Positions 11,601 to 20,043 of a DNA stretch of 64,000 bases are shown piece after piece (positions within the stretch are counted from its first letter, which is position 1; each line of letters begins with the position of its first letter). This stretch comes from Candidatus Coatesbacteria bacterium (GTDB lineage Bacteria > JAFGND01), in NCBI GenBank assembly GCA_016927185.1, contig JAFGND010000044.1, forward strand, positions 1 to 64,000. Direction: 5' to 3'. The notes below the pieces were generated by a model. It was given only the letters and a program-made list of their open reading frames with translations, was not told where the DNA came from and ran no database searches. A program made the position numbers and the translations under genes.

Positions 11601-12748
11601 CCTTTTATTTGTTTCAGTGCTGATAATGGAATTCTTGCAAAATGACTTGCTAGTTCAGCTACCTCTTTAGTGCACAATATTTCGCTTATTTCTCCAGAAA
11701 AAGCAAGTCTTGATGCAAGATTGACTACATCGCCTATGCAGGTGAATTCAGCTCTTTTCTCGCCTCCAACTCTTCCTGCATATACAAGTCCATAACTTAT
11801 TCCCATTCTATAAGTGATAGGGATATCTTGCACGAAAATCCTGTTTCTGAATTCCTCCACAAAGGAGAGTGTTCTTCTTATATCATCCTCATGAGCTTTG
11901 GGAAAGCCGAAGAATATTATGAATAAAGCTCCCTTGTCACCAAAACTTAAGTTTGAAAGATATCCTTCAAACTTGATGACTGAAACCAGTATTAAATTGA
12001 AAAGTTCATTCAATAATTCATATTCAAGCTCCCCGTTGAATGACAGAAAAATCGTGGCAACCTGTCTGAATTCCCCTTTCTCGAAAGAGAGAAATGCATC
12101 AGGAAAAAATGATTTGAAAACTTCAACATGTATCTCGGGAAAATTTCCCAGAATTTCCTTTCTACCAAGTATTTCCTTTCTTTCAATCGATTTCAGGAAA
12201 TCAGAGGTAAGCATTGTTCCTTTATGAGCTTTCTCTTCAAGTGCTACTGAATTATCCAGGGCGTCTCCTTTGAAATAATAGCCCAGTTTTTTGTTGCTGC
12301 CAACTATTCCCCATTCAACAGAACCTTCTGACAAGCCAATTCTCACAGCTATTTCAAAAATTCCCAGTTCAGTCTGTATTGTCTTGTTTATGCTGAAAAA
12401 ATCCAGTATCTCATTACCTGCTGAAATTGCATGCTGAATTATTGCATCATTATCCTCTTTCTTTTCACAGAAAGGGAAAATTGCTGTTATAGCGTCTCCT
12501 GAAAACCTTGAAATGAATCCGCCATGTTCATATATTATTTCTATCATTGGATCATATACCATGCCAAGAATCCTGCTTAAAATTTCACTTCCCCTTTTTC
12601 CTGATTTAAGAAGAAAATCTGTGAGGGGAGTGAAACCTGAAATATCACAAAATAGAACAATAGCAGTAAACTCGCCTTTGAATTGTTGCTCTAAAAATTT
12701 GTCCCTTATGAAACCAGGTAGATATGGATCGGTTAGTTTCACATGCAA
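8627..12748 (-). CDS. Class III adenylate/guanylate cyclase - AAA ATPase - TPR protein
   Basis: FCDISGFT/FSGDA and GDKG/IGDVVNLASRL cyclase domains, Walker A GEPGIGKT, Walker B IEIDDAQW, long array of about 40-aa TPRs. Start may be GTG 12742. Confidence 0.9.
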   Translation of the reverse strand: MHVKLTDPYLPGFIRDKFLEQQFKGEFTAIVLFCDISGFTPLTDFLLKSGKRGSEILSRILGMVYDPMIEIIYEHGGFISRFSGDAITAIFPFCEKKEDNDAIIQHAISAGNEILDFFSINKTIQTELGIFEIAVRIGLSEGSVEWGIVGSNKKLGYYFKGDALDNSVALEEKAHKGTMLTSDFLKSIERKEILGRKEILGNFPEIHVEVFKSFFPDAFLSFEKGEFRQVATIFLSFNGELEYELLNELFNLILVSVIKFEGYLSNLSFGDKGALFIIFFGFPKAHEDDIRRTLSFVEEFRNRIFVQDIPITYRMGISYGLVYAGRVGGEKRAEFTCIGDVVNLASRLAFSGEISEILCTKEVAELASHFARIPLSALKQIKGKKERLPLYRFFNIKKNAGERHYLNELIGREKELEKLKHLISGSILEKKFGGVVYIYGEPGIGKTRLLYEVREWLEKESIKFNWIRFPCDALVSRAWNGVIQWLKDYFDIKGKDREEDKSSFLKKINEISEDAEINELTRREISRTHSIIGAEIGIDIKGSLYEKLDSKLRYDNFVIGLKELLKALSYKSPAIIEIDDAQWIDKSTEEFLLPLTRNVKDSPFMIIAACRYLEEGETVSFKISRDVQVEEIDLKILTEDEAIALIESILEEGQLSEYLREIIINTSNGNPFFIEQWLKHLKETNVIVLKENTWEIICEINDLPSSIDQVIIARIDSLGSRVKEILQSASIIGQKFPFKLLNEMLEGKYPIYEYLLSAESFKLVYQENMKGIVEEIVYFFNHALIKDVAYNMQLNESREKLHLTALRLIEKIYSDRIEEWYDDLCIHAERSNSEEKLKEYLEKNGDRYKKKFANKKAMENYEKLLSLNITREKCFEILLKIEEIYKLTGPFSTARDYALNALKIAEEMNCNWMIAASLSVLGKTYQITGEIDEAEKTLTKALEIHNSLDDKSGKASVLKTLGAVNYGKCNYTKSAEYNMKALKIYTELGDRRLQGLICGDLGLINCRTGNYKKAMELLNKSMDISKEIGNLYGESLAIGNLGTVHSLMNDHDNALILYNKALELNKIIGNRTYESTILNNIATTHNERSNYAEALELFQKSLEIRREIGNRVGEGSVLSNIANIYGVLGDYRKALQILDESISISKETKYRFGEAFALKETGIIYSILGDFKKAHEFIMESSAILTEIGEKRYQAIINSDIGNLHLATKEYEKAIEIANQGLSIINEIGISTIRCRLILVLGKASLDKSELKKAEEYLRKAFELAEKDKDEHHRILSMISLARLEFRKNNIEKGIELFEKGIESLRNKKTKAAIADSLIAYALCLLEYMLDYDNSKSKAVDLLKEAKRMNMEMERHHKVYEIEDIEKRFLNTR

Positions 12749-12888
12749 TTTTCACCCATATTATTTATTTTCAAAACACTATTTCTTTTAAAGGCTTGTG
12801 ACTAAAGATAAAGAAAACAGGATTTTTCATATCAATCCTGTTTCCTTCAATCCAATGATAAATGTCAAGAATTTATCCTGCAGGGATA

Positions 12889-13767
12889 CTACCAACCAAC
12901 CAGTTTGGCAGCAAGCCACCAGGTTGCCTTGCCTTTCTGTTCACAGCTTTCATTTGTTGTATGGGCATTTTCATCACCATCAAAATGAGTATGCTGATAG
13001 GGTACCGCCTGCGATGAATGATCATAAGTAGAGTGTTCCCATGACTTGCTTGAAGGATTATACCACCAGCAGTCAAGATCCTCGAAATCATAAAGTATCT
13101 TTCCATTTCTGTTGCAGTAATCCCTGATTTGATTATTTCTCTGATACCTGTTATAGCCTTCATCTCCCTGTGCCTGAGCATTTCCGGTCATATAAACAAA
13201 TTTTACATTCGGAAATTCCCTTTCAAGAGAAGACATTGAATCAAGGTAAGCCTGAACCTGCTCCTGATTGTAACTGTCAAGCTGGCAGCACCAGCACCAC
13301 ATGGAAGCCTTGATAGCGGGATTGTTTCTCAGTACATTCCTTGTCCTGTCCATTCCCTCTTTAGTCTCCCAGTACAAATCTGGTGAAATATAAGTTTCAT
13401 CTTCCTGACCATCAAAAATACAATATGCTGCTGGATTATCAGGTAAATAACTGTATCCTATCTCAATATCATAAGTTGCATTCTGCTGTTCCAGTCTTTC
13501 CAGCCCGACAGTCAATTGCCCACCATGTGAAGTATGCGCATAATGATGCTTGAGAGTGGTTTTTATAGTGTTGATTATATTTGCAGGAATTTTAGTTATA
13601 TCAGTGCAATTATGATCTATTATAATTGCTGATCCACCTGTACCAGTTCCAGTTCCAGTTCCAGTAGATGTTCCAGTCCCTGTATTATTTCCGTTCTCTT
13701 CTTCATCATCACATGCAAAACCCATGAATAAAGACATGATGACTACAAGAACAAACAGTTTCTTCAT
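12889..13767 (-). CDS. Lipoprotein with Gly-Thr linker and an uncharacterised (possibly SGNH-like) domain
   Basis: GFA-C lipobox, TGTGTSTGTGTGTGTG linker, HTSHGGQ and WCWC motifs. Confidence 0.7.
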   Translation of the reverse strand: MKKLFVLVVIMSLFMGFACDDEEENGNNTGTGTSTGTGTGTGTGGSAIIIDHNCTDITKIPANIINTIKTTLKHHYAHTSHGGQLTVGLERLEQQNATYDIEIGYSYLPDNPAAYCIFDGQEDETYISPDLYWETKEGMDRTRNVLRNNPAIKASMWCWCCQLDSYNQEQVQAYLDSMSSLEREFPNVKFVYMTGNAQAQGDEGYNRYQRNNQIRDYCNRNGKILYDFEDLDCWWYNPSSKSWEHSTYDHSSQAVPYQHTHFDGDENAHTTNESCEQKGKATWWLAAKLVGW

Positions 13768-13851
13768 TATTTGCTCCTTTCAAGAATTACCATAAATCTT
13801 CTCGCAAATCATATAAATACAGACTGAGATAACACAATCTAAAAAGTTATT

Positions 13852-15099
13852 TCATTTGCTATTTTCAGTTGGAAGAGCAAAAATTGAAATGCTTTTTGTC
13901 CTTCTTTTTGCAGTTTTTGTTCTTTCAGGTTTCTTGACTGTAAAAGTAGTGCTAGTCTGTATTGCATAAAGGTAGTAATCATCACTTCCTATATATGCAA
14001 TTCCCTTATCAACGCAAGATGATGCTTCAATATAGTTATCTGTCTTGTATCTCCATTTAAGAACATCGTCCTTAGAATCTATTGCATAGAAATAATTATC
14101 AAAGCTTCCAACATAAACAACATTATCAGCAACAAAAGGATTTGATGAAACAAAACCACCTGTCTGATATTTGTATCTGAGTGCTCCATCTGAAATATTC
14201 AATGCATAAAGATGATTGTCATGACTTCCTACATACAGGACACCTTCTGCCTCGCTTGGAGAAGAGTGAACCCTGTTACCAGTATTATATCTCCACATTA
14301 TGTTTCCTGAACTTGCAACAATGGCATATACATTATAGTCATAACCACCAATGTAAACTACCCCGTTTACAATCTTTGGAACGGATCTTACAACTCCATT
14401 TGTATCGATTTTCCAGATTAACTCACCATTTGAAGCATCTATAGAATATATGCTTCTGTCATCGCTTCCAACATATACTGCACCATTATCATATACTGGA
14501 GAGGATTGAATTATATTTCCTGTCTGAAATTTCCAGTTCAGATTGCCAGTGGCAGCATTCAGGGAATAGACATAATTGTCCTTGCTTGCAGTATAAACAG
14601 CATTTCCTGATGGGTAGGGGTTTGACAAAATCTGATTTCCGGTTTCATATTTCCAAATCAAGTTTCCATTTGATGCATTCAATGCATAAAGGTTTTTATC
14701 ATAACTCCCGAAATAAACTATTCCGTTTTCAATTTTGGGAGATGACTGAATGGAACCTTCTGTCCCATATTTCCAGTTCAAAACTCCAGTTGTTGCATTC
14801 AAGGCATAAAGATAGAAATCAAAACTACCAAAGTATAATACATCAGAAGAAACACATGGAGTGCATTTTATGGAACCATCTGTCTTGTATCTCCATAGCA
14901 AATCACCTGGATTAGCCGTGCCAGTACCCGTACCAGTTCCCGTGCCAGTTCCCGTTCCAGTTCCCGTACTAGTACCAGTTCCCGTGCCGGTGCCAGTTCC
15001 TGTACCAGTATTGTTATTATCTTCATCATCACCACATGCTGAAATAAGAAGTAGTAATGAAATAGACAAGGCGATTACAAAATAAAATAGCTTTTTCAT
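13852..15099 (-). CDS. Lipoprotein with PQQ-like (BamB-type) beta-propeller
   Basis: ISA-C lipobox, long GT linker, eight W(K/R)YxT...SSP...VYVGSxD..LYA repeats. Start ATG 15099 after AGGGAG. Confidence 0.9.
   Translation of the reverse strand: MKKLFYFVIALSISLLLLISACGDDEDNNNTGTGTGTGTGTGTSTGTGTGTGTGTGTGTGTANPGDLLWRYKTDGSIKCTPCVSSDVLYFGSFDFYLYALNATTGVLNWKYGTEGSIQSSPKIENGIVYFGSYDKNLYALNASNGNLIWKYETGNQILSNPYPSGNAVYTASKDNYVYSLNAATGNLNWKFQTGNIIQSSPVYDNGAVYVGSDDRSIYSIDASNGELIWKIDTNGVVRSVPKIVNGVVYIGGYDYNVYAIVASSGNIMWRYNTGNRVHSSPSEAEGVLYVGSHDNHLYALNISDGALRYKYQTGGFVSSNPFVADNVVYVGSFDNYFYAIDSKDDVLKWRYKTDNYIEASSCVDKGIAYIGSDDYYLYAIQTSTTFTVKKPERTKTAKRRTKSISIFALPTENSK
14917..15009 (-). repeat. Coding Gly-Thr hexanucleotide repeat (ACNGGN)n
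   Basis: About 15 imperfect ACNGGN units encoding TGTGTG. A shorter copy lies at about 13638-13684. Confidence 0.9.
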
Positions 15100-15273
15100 T
15101 TTATTCTCCCTTTCTTGAAGTTCATTATCAAAAATCCTGTCTGCCTTGAAAAGCTTACTGGATCCTATATAAAAACCAATTTCATTTTCTTGTTTGACTT
15201 TGTCAAGCCAAATCATATCTGATTTGTATTATGCTAATATGAAATTGATTGATTTCGTGAAAAGGAATAGAAA

Positions 15274-16713
15274 TCAGCTTGCTTTTTTGCTGAAAATCCT
15301 TCTCATTATTTCCCTGAAGTTTTTGGCATCTTTCTCTCTTACGAATATCAACGGGACTTCAGCAGAAAGCCTTGCAAGTGAACAAAGAAGAAACATATAT
15401 TGCATTGGATAAAGCTTGAGTCCGAAAAGACCTGCTTTTGGAAGCAATCCTAGCATGAAACCTGAGAGAATTGCACTAATGGCTCCTGCTACTCCCAGAG
15501 CTGCTGACATTACAGCTATGTACATATCTTTTTCCTTTACAGGAGCAATGGAAAGTATAATATTCGTGGAAACTAACCCGGCTGCTGACCACATTATACC
15601 TGATGATATTGCTTCGAAATAAATAAGCCAGAACGTCTTTGGAGTAACAATTACCCAGTAAAGAGGATTAATCATGCCCATAACAATAGCAATTGCCATT
15701 ACAGGTTTATTTCCAAATTTATCTATAAGCTTCCCCCAAAACTTCAGAGATAGAATGCTTGAGATGGTTGCAATTGTTCCGTATACTTGAATCTCAAGGA
15801 AAGTGAATTTCAATGTATTAAGCATGAATGGCATCCAGAAAGGACTTGCTACGAGTGCTGTAAAAAACCACCATATAGAGAAATAAAGCAGCCTTCTGAA
15901 ATTTGCATCCCTGAATGGAAATGCGAAATATTCAAATGAACTCATGCCAGCTTTGGGAAGATGTCTTCTGGGTTCAGGTTGCTTCCTGAGTATATACCAT
16001 GAAATTATCCCCATTATCCCGCCCATAAGAAATATTAATGCAAAACCCCATAATTCACCATAATTTCTTGAAAGAGTAATATGGAGTTTCTGAGGATACT
16101 TGAATCCTGCTTTATATAAGAAATCCAGAAGGGGAGAGTAATTTTTTCTGAATAAATCCATGAATGAAGCACCAATATATCCTATCAGCAAGCCTGCCAG
16201 ACTTAGATACCTGTTTCTTATTCCGAAAAATCTCCCTCTAAATTTTTTCGGAATCAGATCTGATATCCAGCCAAACCAGGCATTTGTTGCAAGATTCTGA
16301 TAAAGATTTGATATGGAATAAATTACTAAGAATATTATAAGGCTTGTGTTTCTCGAAAAAATGAATGGAAGTACCATCCATAAGATGGGAAATAATCTTG
16401 AAATAAGTGCACGAGATAAAACATAGTTCTTCCGGCTTGATAAATCTCTTGTCTTGAGTGCAGCAAAAACCTGAAAAAACTGAGCTAATGGTGCACTTGC
16501 AGTAAGGATTCCAAGAATATAACCTTCTGCCCCAAGAAATAATGCAAAACCTGTTACAAACATTGCACCAGGTCCCGCAAGAGAAGTGAAGAGTTGTGCA
16601 AAGATCCCTTCCTGAATTGAGATCTTTATTGCACCTCTAACTGAACTCCTGCTTAATCTATTAGAAAAAGACTCCGATTCCGTATTAATCCATTTTTTTA
16701 AGGAGTGCTTCCA
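15274..16713 (-). CDS. MFS transporter (start unresolved; frame is open upstream of ATG 16563)
   Basis: About 12 TM, WISDLIP..RGRFFG and GKLIDKFGNK motifs. The frame stays open to 16713 with ISIQEGIFAQLF. Confidence 0.85.
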   Translation of the reverse strand, partial: WKHSLKKWINTESESFSNRLSRSSVRGAIKISIQEGIFAQLFTSLAGPGAMFVTGFALFLGAEGYILGILTASAPLAQFFQVFAALKTRDLSSRKNYVLSRALISRLFPILWMVLPFIFSRNTSLIIFLVIYSISNLYQNLATNAWFGWISDLIPKKFRGRFFGIRNRYLSLAGLLIGYIGASFMDLFRKNYSPLLDFLYKAGFKYPQKLHITLSRNYGELWGFALIFLMGGIMGIISWYILRKQPEPRRHLPKAGMSSFEYFAFPFRDANFRRLLYFSIWWFFTALVASPFWMPFMLNTLKFTFLEIQVYGTIATISSILSLKFWGKLIDKFGNKPVMAIAIVMGMINPLYWVIVTPKTFWLIYFEAISSGIMWSAAGLVSTNIILSIAPVKEKDMYIAVMSAALGVAGAISAILSGFMLGLLPKAGLFGLKLYPMQYMFLLCSLARLSAEVPLIFVREKDAKNFREIMRRIFSKKAS

Positions 16714-16807
16714 TTATACAAAGTGATATTTTGTCAATATAAATATTGTGAATTCATTATTTCAAGATTTCTCTTGCAATAAAAACAAGTCTCTTAAGCA
16801 TATAGCC

Positions 16808-17170
16808 ATGACAAATAAATTACAGAAATCCTTTGATCAGGAAATAGAGCTCCTGAATAAAAAAATAAACGACTTGAAAGCAAAACTCTATCTTGTCATA
16901 GACATGGCTGAATTCCACAAGAATTATATTTTCAGTGATGTTTTCTGGCAAAGTCTTGATTATCTGAAGGCAAACATAGAAGAAGCGACTAGTTCAATGG
17001 ATGCATCTGCATGGTATACAGTCAGGATAGCAACAGGGGAACTCAGAAGCGCAATCCTGAAAGCTTATGAACTAGGATATATTGAACAGAAAGTCTCAGA
17101 AGATCTCATTCAAACAAATCTTGAAATAGGCATCCTCGCTTATAAAGTCTATTCCCTGATTAATGAATAG
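16808..17170 (+). CDS. Divergent four-helix-bundle protein (23S rRNA IVS protein-like)
   Basis: ANIEE...IATGELRSAILKAYELGYI...EIG resembles the family C-terminal motif. Confidence 0.55.
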   Translation: MTNKLQKSFDQEIELLNKKINDLKAKLYLVIDMAEFHKNYIFSDVFWQSLDYLKANIEEATSSMDASAWYTVRIATGELRSAILKAYELGYIEQKVSEDLIQTNLEIGILAYKVYSLINE

Positions 17171-17203
17171 TATATTCAAAATCACCGAAGGAAAGGTAGA
17201 GGC

Positions 17204-17545
17204 ATGGAAAAAATGATTGCTCATTGTGGAATAAACTGCGCTGAATGCCCAGGTTTCATTGCCACAAAGAATAACGATTATGATGAAAAAAAGAAGATTG
17301 CTGAAGAATGGGCAAAAGCATTCAATTCAGATATAAAACCGGATGATATTATTTGTGATGGTTGCACTTCCGAGGGTAATCATATCGGATACTGCAATGT
17401 ATGCGAGATAAGGAAATGTTCCATAGAGCATGAACTTGAAAACTGCGCTTTCTGCGAGGATTTTTCATGCAAGAAGCTTGATGACTTTCATGTTCTTGCA
17501 AAAGGGGCAAGAGATAATCTGGAACTATTCAGAAAACAGGTTTAA
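17204..17545 (+). CDS. DUF3795-like Cys-rich protein
   Basis: CGINCAEC, CDGC, C..CEIRKC, NCAFC..F.C. Confidence 0.85.
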   Translation: MEKMIAHCGINCAECPGFIATKNNDYDEKKKIAEEWAKAFNSDIKPDDIICDGCTSEGNHIGYCNVCEIRKCSIEHELENCAFCEDFSCKKLDDFHVLAKGARDNLELFRKQV

Positions 17546-17598
17546 AAAAAAACTTGACAAAATAGTAAACTAATAAAAGCGCTTGCTTACTAAGTAAT

Positions 17599-17853
17599 AT
17601 GGCAAAAAAGAAGAAGTCAGAATCTCAGGAAGAGAAACAATCTGAACAACAGATTTTAAAGGAAAAGGAAATTGCTGAAGACAAACCTATCTTTGGCAAT
17701 ATTAGCTTTATCTTTTTCGGGATTGGTCTGCTTCTTTTAATTGCAGGATACATTGCTCTTGGGTATGGTTCCATAACACTGGCACCAATTCTTCTTATAG
17801 GTGCTTATTGTGTTGTTATACCTATTGCATTATTGATTAAATCGGGCGAATAG
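17599..17853 (+). CDS. Small two-TM membrane protein (DUF3098-like)
   Basis: N...F.IGLLLLIAGY...SITLAPILL..Y..IP.A. Confidence 0.7.
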   Translation: MAKKKKSESQEEKQSEQQILKEKEIAEDKPIFGNISFIFFGIGLLLLIAGYIALGYGSITLAPILLIGAYCVVIPIALLIKSGE

Positions 17854-17917
17854 CTCAGCTGGTCAGAGCACCTGCCTTACACGCAGGGGGTCACAGGTTC
17901 GAATCCTGTTTCGCCCA
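17844..17917 (+). tRNA. tRNA-Val (TAC), CCA not encoded
   Basis: GGGCGAA/TTCGCCC acceptor stem, CCTGC-CTTACAC-GCAGG anticodon arm, GGTTCGAATCC T-arm. Confidence 0.97.
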
Positions 17918-17933
17918 ATTAATAAAAATATAC

Positions 17934-18008
17934 GGGGTTGTAGTTCAGTTCGGTTAGAATGCCGGCCTGTCACGCCGGAGGTCGCGAGTTCGAGTCTCGT
18001 CGGCCCCG
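17934..18008 (+). tRNA. tRNA-Asp (GTC), CCA not encoded
   Basis: GGGGTTG/CGGCCCC acceptor stem, CCGGC-CTGTCAC-GCCGG anticodon arm, GTTCGAG T-loop. Confidence 0.97.
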
Positions 18009-18029
18009 TTTTTTTAAAAGGAGATTTTA

Positions 18030-18560
18030 ATGAAACTGACAGAAGCATTACCGGAAATCAACCTTATAACAAATGAGGATATAAGAAACAAAGTCATCGC
18101 CTGTTTTGAGGAAGCATTATCCTATGGACAATGGCAGGTGGATGATCTTGACAAGATACCATTCACTCTACTGATACCAAATTGCAAAGTCTCTCTTCTT
18201 AAGCACACAAGAGGTGTAACAAAATCATCACTTGCAAATTATGAAATTTTCAAGGAGATGTATGGTAACATGCTGCCAGTGGACAGAGACATTCTTCTTG
18301 CAGGAGCATTACTTCATGATGTTGGAAAGCTTCTTGAATACTACAAGGAAAATGATGAATACAAGAAATCTGATATAGGAAAACTAATAAGACATCCGTT
18401 CTCTGGAGCATATCTCGCATTGAAACATGGGCTCCCCGAAAAAGTTGCTCATATAATCGCAGCACATGCAAAAGAAGGGGATTTGATAAACAGGATACCT
18501 GAAGCAATAATTATTTTCCATTCCGATTTCACTCATTATGAGAGCCTGAAGACTTTATAA
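18030..18560 (+). CDS. HD/HDIG domain phosphohydrolase
   Basis: H...GALLHDVGK...H...H...D. Confidence 0.9.
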   Translation: MKLTEALPEINLITNEDIRNKVIACFEEALSYGQWQVDDLDKIPFTLLIPNCKVSLLKHTRGVTKSSLANYEIFKEMYGNMLPVDRDILLAGALLHDVGKLLEYYKENDEYKKSDIGKLIRHPFSGAYLALKHGLPEKVAHIIAAHAKEGDLINRIPEAIIIFHSDFTHYESLKTL

Positions 18561-19288
18561 TGAAGTATTTGCTGATAGTAATTCTATCCGCTTCATCCCT
18601 TTTTTCAGGAGATAATTATACAGACTATGCACTTTCAGAAACCGTAAATCCTGTAAGAAAAAGTGGCAAGTCACCCAGCATACTTGTAGCAGCTTTGCTT
18701 TCCATGGCAGTTCCTGGTGCTGGTCAGCTCTATTGCGGCAAGAACAGGGGATATTTCTATCTTGCAGCTGAGCTTGCTTTGGATTTCAATTTTGCAAGAA
18801 ACACTTCACTCAGGCTTGATACAATAAGGCGCTACAAGGAATTCGCCCATGTTCATGCAAACGCGAATTACAAGGATGACAACAAGTTCTATGAATACAT
18901 GAAATATTTCCGCTCCAGTGATGAATATAATGAGGCATCAAGACAGGAAGCATGGTATTATTACAATAATCCTGATTATGGCTGGGATAAGCAGACAAGA
19001 GATGAATACTATGATTACTGGAGGGCAGGAGAAGATGATTACTGGTACTGGGATTCCGATGCAAAGATGAAGGAATTCTCATCTATTGTAGACAAATCAA
19101 ACAAGTATGGGCAGAGAGCCAATATTTTTCTTGGATTAATGGCATTGAACCGACTTGCAAGTTCAATTGATGCATTGTTTACAGCGAGAATGCTTAGAAA
19201 CAGGGCAAAGCAAGGCAGATCAAGTCTCTATCCCTCTCCCAGAATTGATCCATTCAAGGCAAAAATAGAACTTGGCTGGAAATTCTAG
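18560..19288 (+). CDS. Exported hypothetical protein (DUF5683/TM2-like)
   Basis: KSP..AALLS.AVPGAGQLY motif, Tyr/Trp/Asp-rich middle, C-terminal F. Confidence 0.6.
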   Translation: MKYLLIVILSASSLFSGDNYTDYALSETVNPVRKSGKSPSILVAALLSMAVPGAGQLYCGKNRGYFYLAAELALDFNFARNTSLRLDTIRRYKEFAHVHANANYKDDNKFYEYMKYFRSSDEYNEASRQEAWYYYNNPDYGWDKQTRDEYYDYWRAGEDDYWYWDSDAKMKEFSSIVDKSNKYGQRANIFLGLMALNRLASSIDALFTARMLRNRAKQGRSSLYPSPRIDPFKAKIELGWKF

Positions 19289-19334
19289 AAAAGCTTTGAC
19301 ATAAAAAGTAGCATTCTTAATATTAATTTTTAAA

Positions 19335-20033
19335 ATGGATATCAAATCAATTTATTATGATTCTGAGTATTCTGAAGAATATCTTCTTCATAAAAATCGC
19401 TATCTGAATCCAGATAGATTTCAAGAGCAAAAAATAAAGAATATCAAATCATTGATTTCGAATTCAGATCTTTCAATATTGCTTGATATTGGTTGCGGAA
19501 TAGGTACTATAGCCTTAACTGAATACACTGATGAAAAGACTGTTGTTGGACAGGATTATGCCTTATCTGGTCTTAAAATAGGCTATTCTATAGCAAAAAA
19601 TGAAAAAAAAGAAATATTCTGGATTAAGGGAAGCATTAATTATATGCCATATAATGATGCAACTTTTACTACAATAATAGCTGCTGATCTTTTTGAACAT
19701 CTTGATGATAAAGATAGTGCTTTGCTTCTATCAGAACTGAAAAGAATACTCAAGCGAGAGGGTACATTGGCAATATATAGTCCCAGCAAGGAGCATTTTC
19801 TAGAAAAACTGAAAAAAATGCACATCTTGAAATTAGATGAATCACATATTGGAATGAGAAGTGTAAAGCAAATACAAAAGATTGCAGAGAACGCTGGTTT
19901 CATTACTATTAAATCTTATTATGCAGTTTCACATATCCCAATATTAAAGCAATTTGAAATTATATTTGGAAGAATCCCTTTTATCAAAGGTTTATTTAAA
20001 AGAAGAATTTGTTGGTTAGGTTCACCAAAATAA
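19335..20033 (+). CDS. Class I SAM-dependent methyltransferase
   Basis: LLDIGCGIG, LFEHL, RILKREG. Confidence 0.9.
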   Translation: MDIKSIYYDSEYSEEYLLHKNRYLNPDRFQEQKIKNIKSLISNSDLSILLDIGCGIGTIALTEYTDEKTVVGQDYALSGLKIGYSIAKNEKKEIFWIKGSINYMPYNDATFTTIIAADLFEHLDDKDSALLLSELKRILKREGTLAIYSPSKEHFLEKLKKMHILKLDESHIGMRSVKQIQKIAENAGFITIKSYYAVSHIPILKQFEIIFGRIPFIKGLFKRRICWLGSPK

Positions 20034-20043
20034 GGAGGTTATT

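Noticed and set aside
13638-15009. Short tandem repeats as a possible CRISPR array
   Set aside because: Hexamer coding repeats and 40-aa propeller repeats. No constant repeat with unique spacers, and no cas genes
14861-15085. Plus-strand ORF with a (VP)n repeat
   Set aside because: Antisense shadow of the Gly-Thr linker of the propeller lipoprotein
16808-17170. Four-helix-bundle gene as the Avd of a diversity-generating retroelement or an rRNA intervening sequence
   Set aside because: No reverse transcriptase, template/variable repeat pair or rRNA in the window
17863-18048. 61-aa minus-strand ORF
   Set aside because: Antisense to the two tRNA genes
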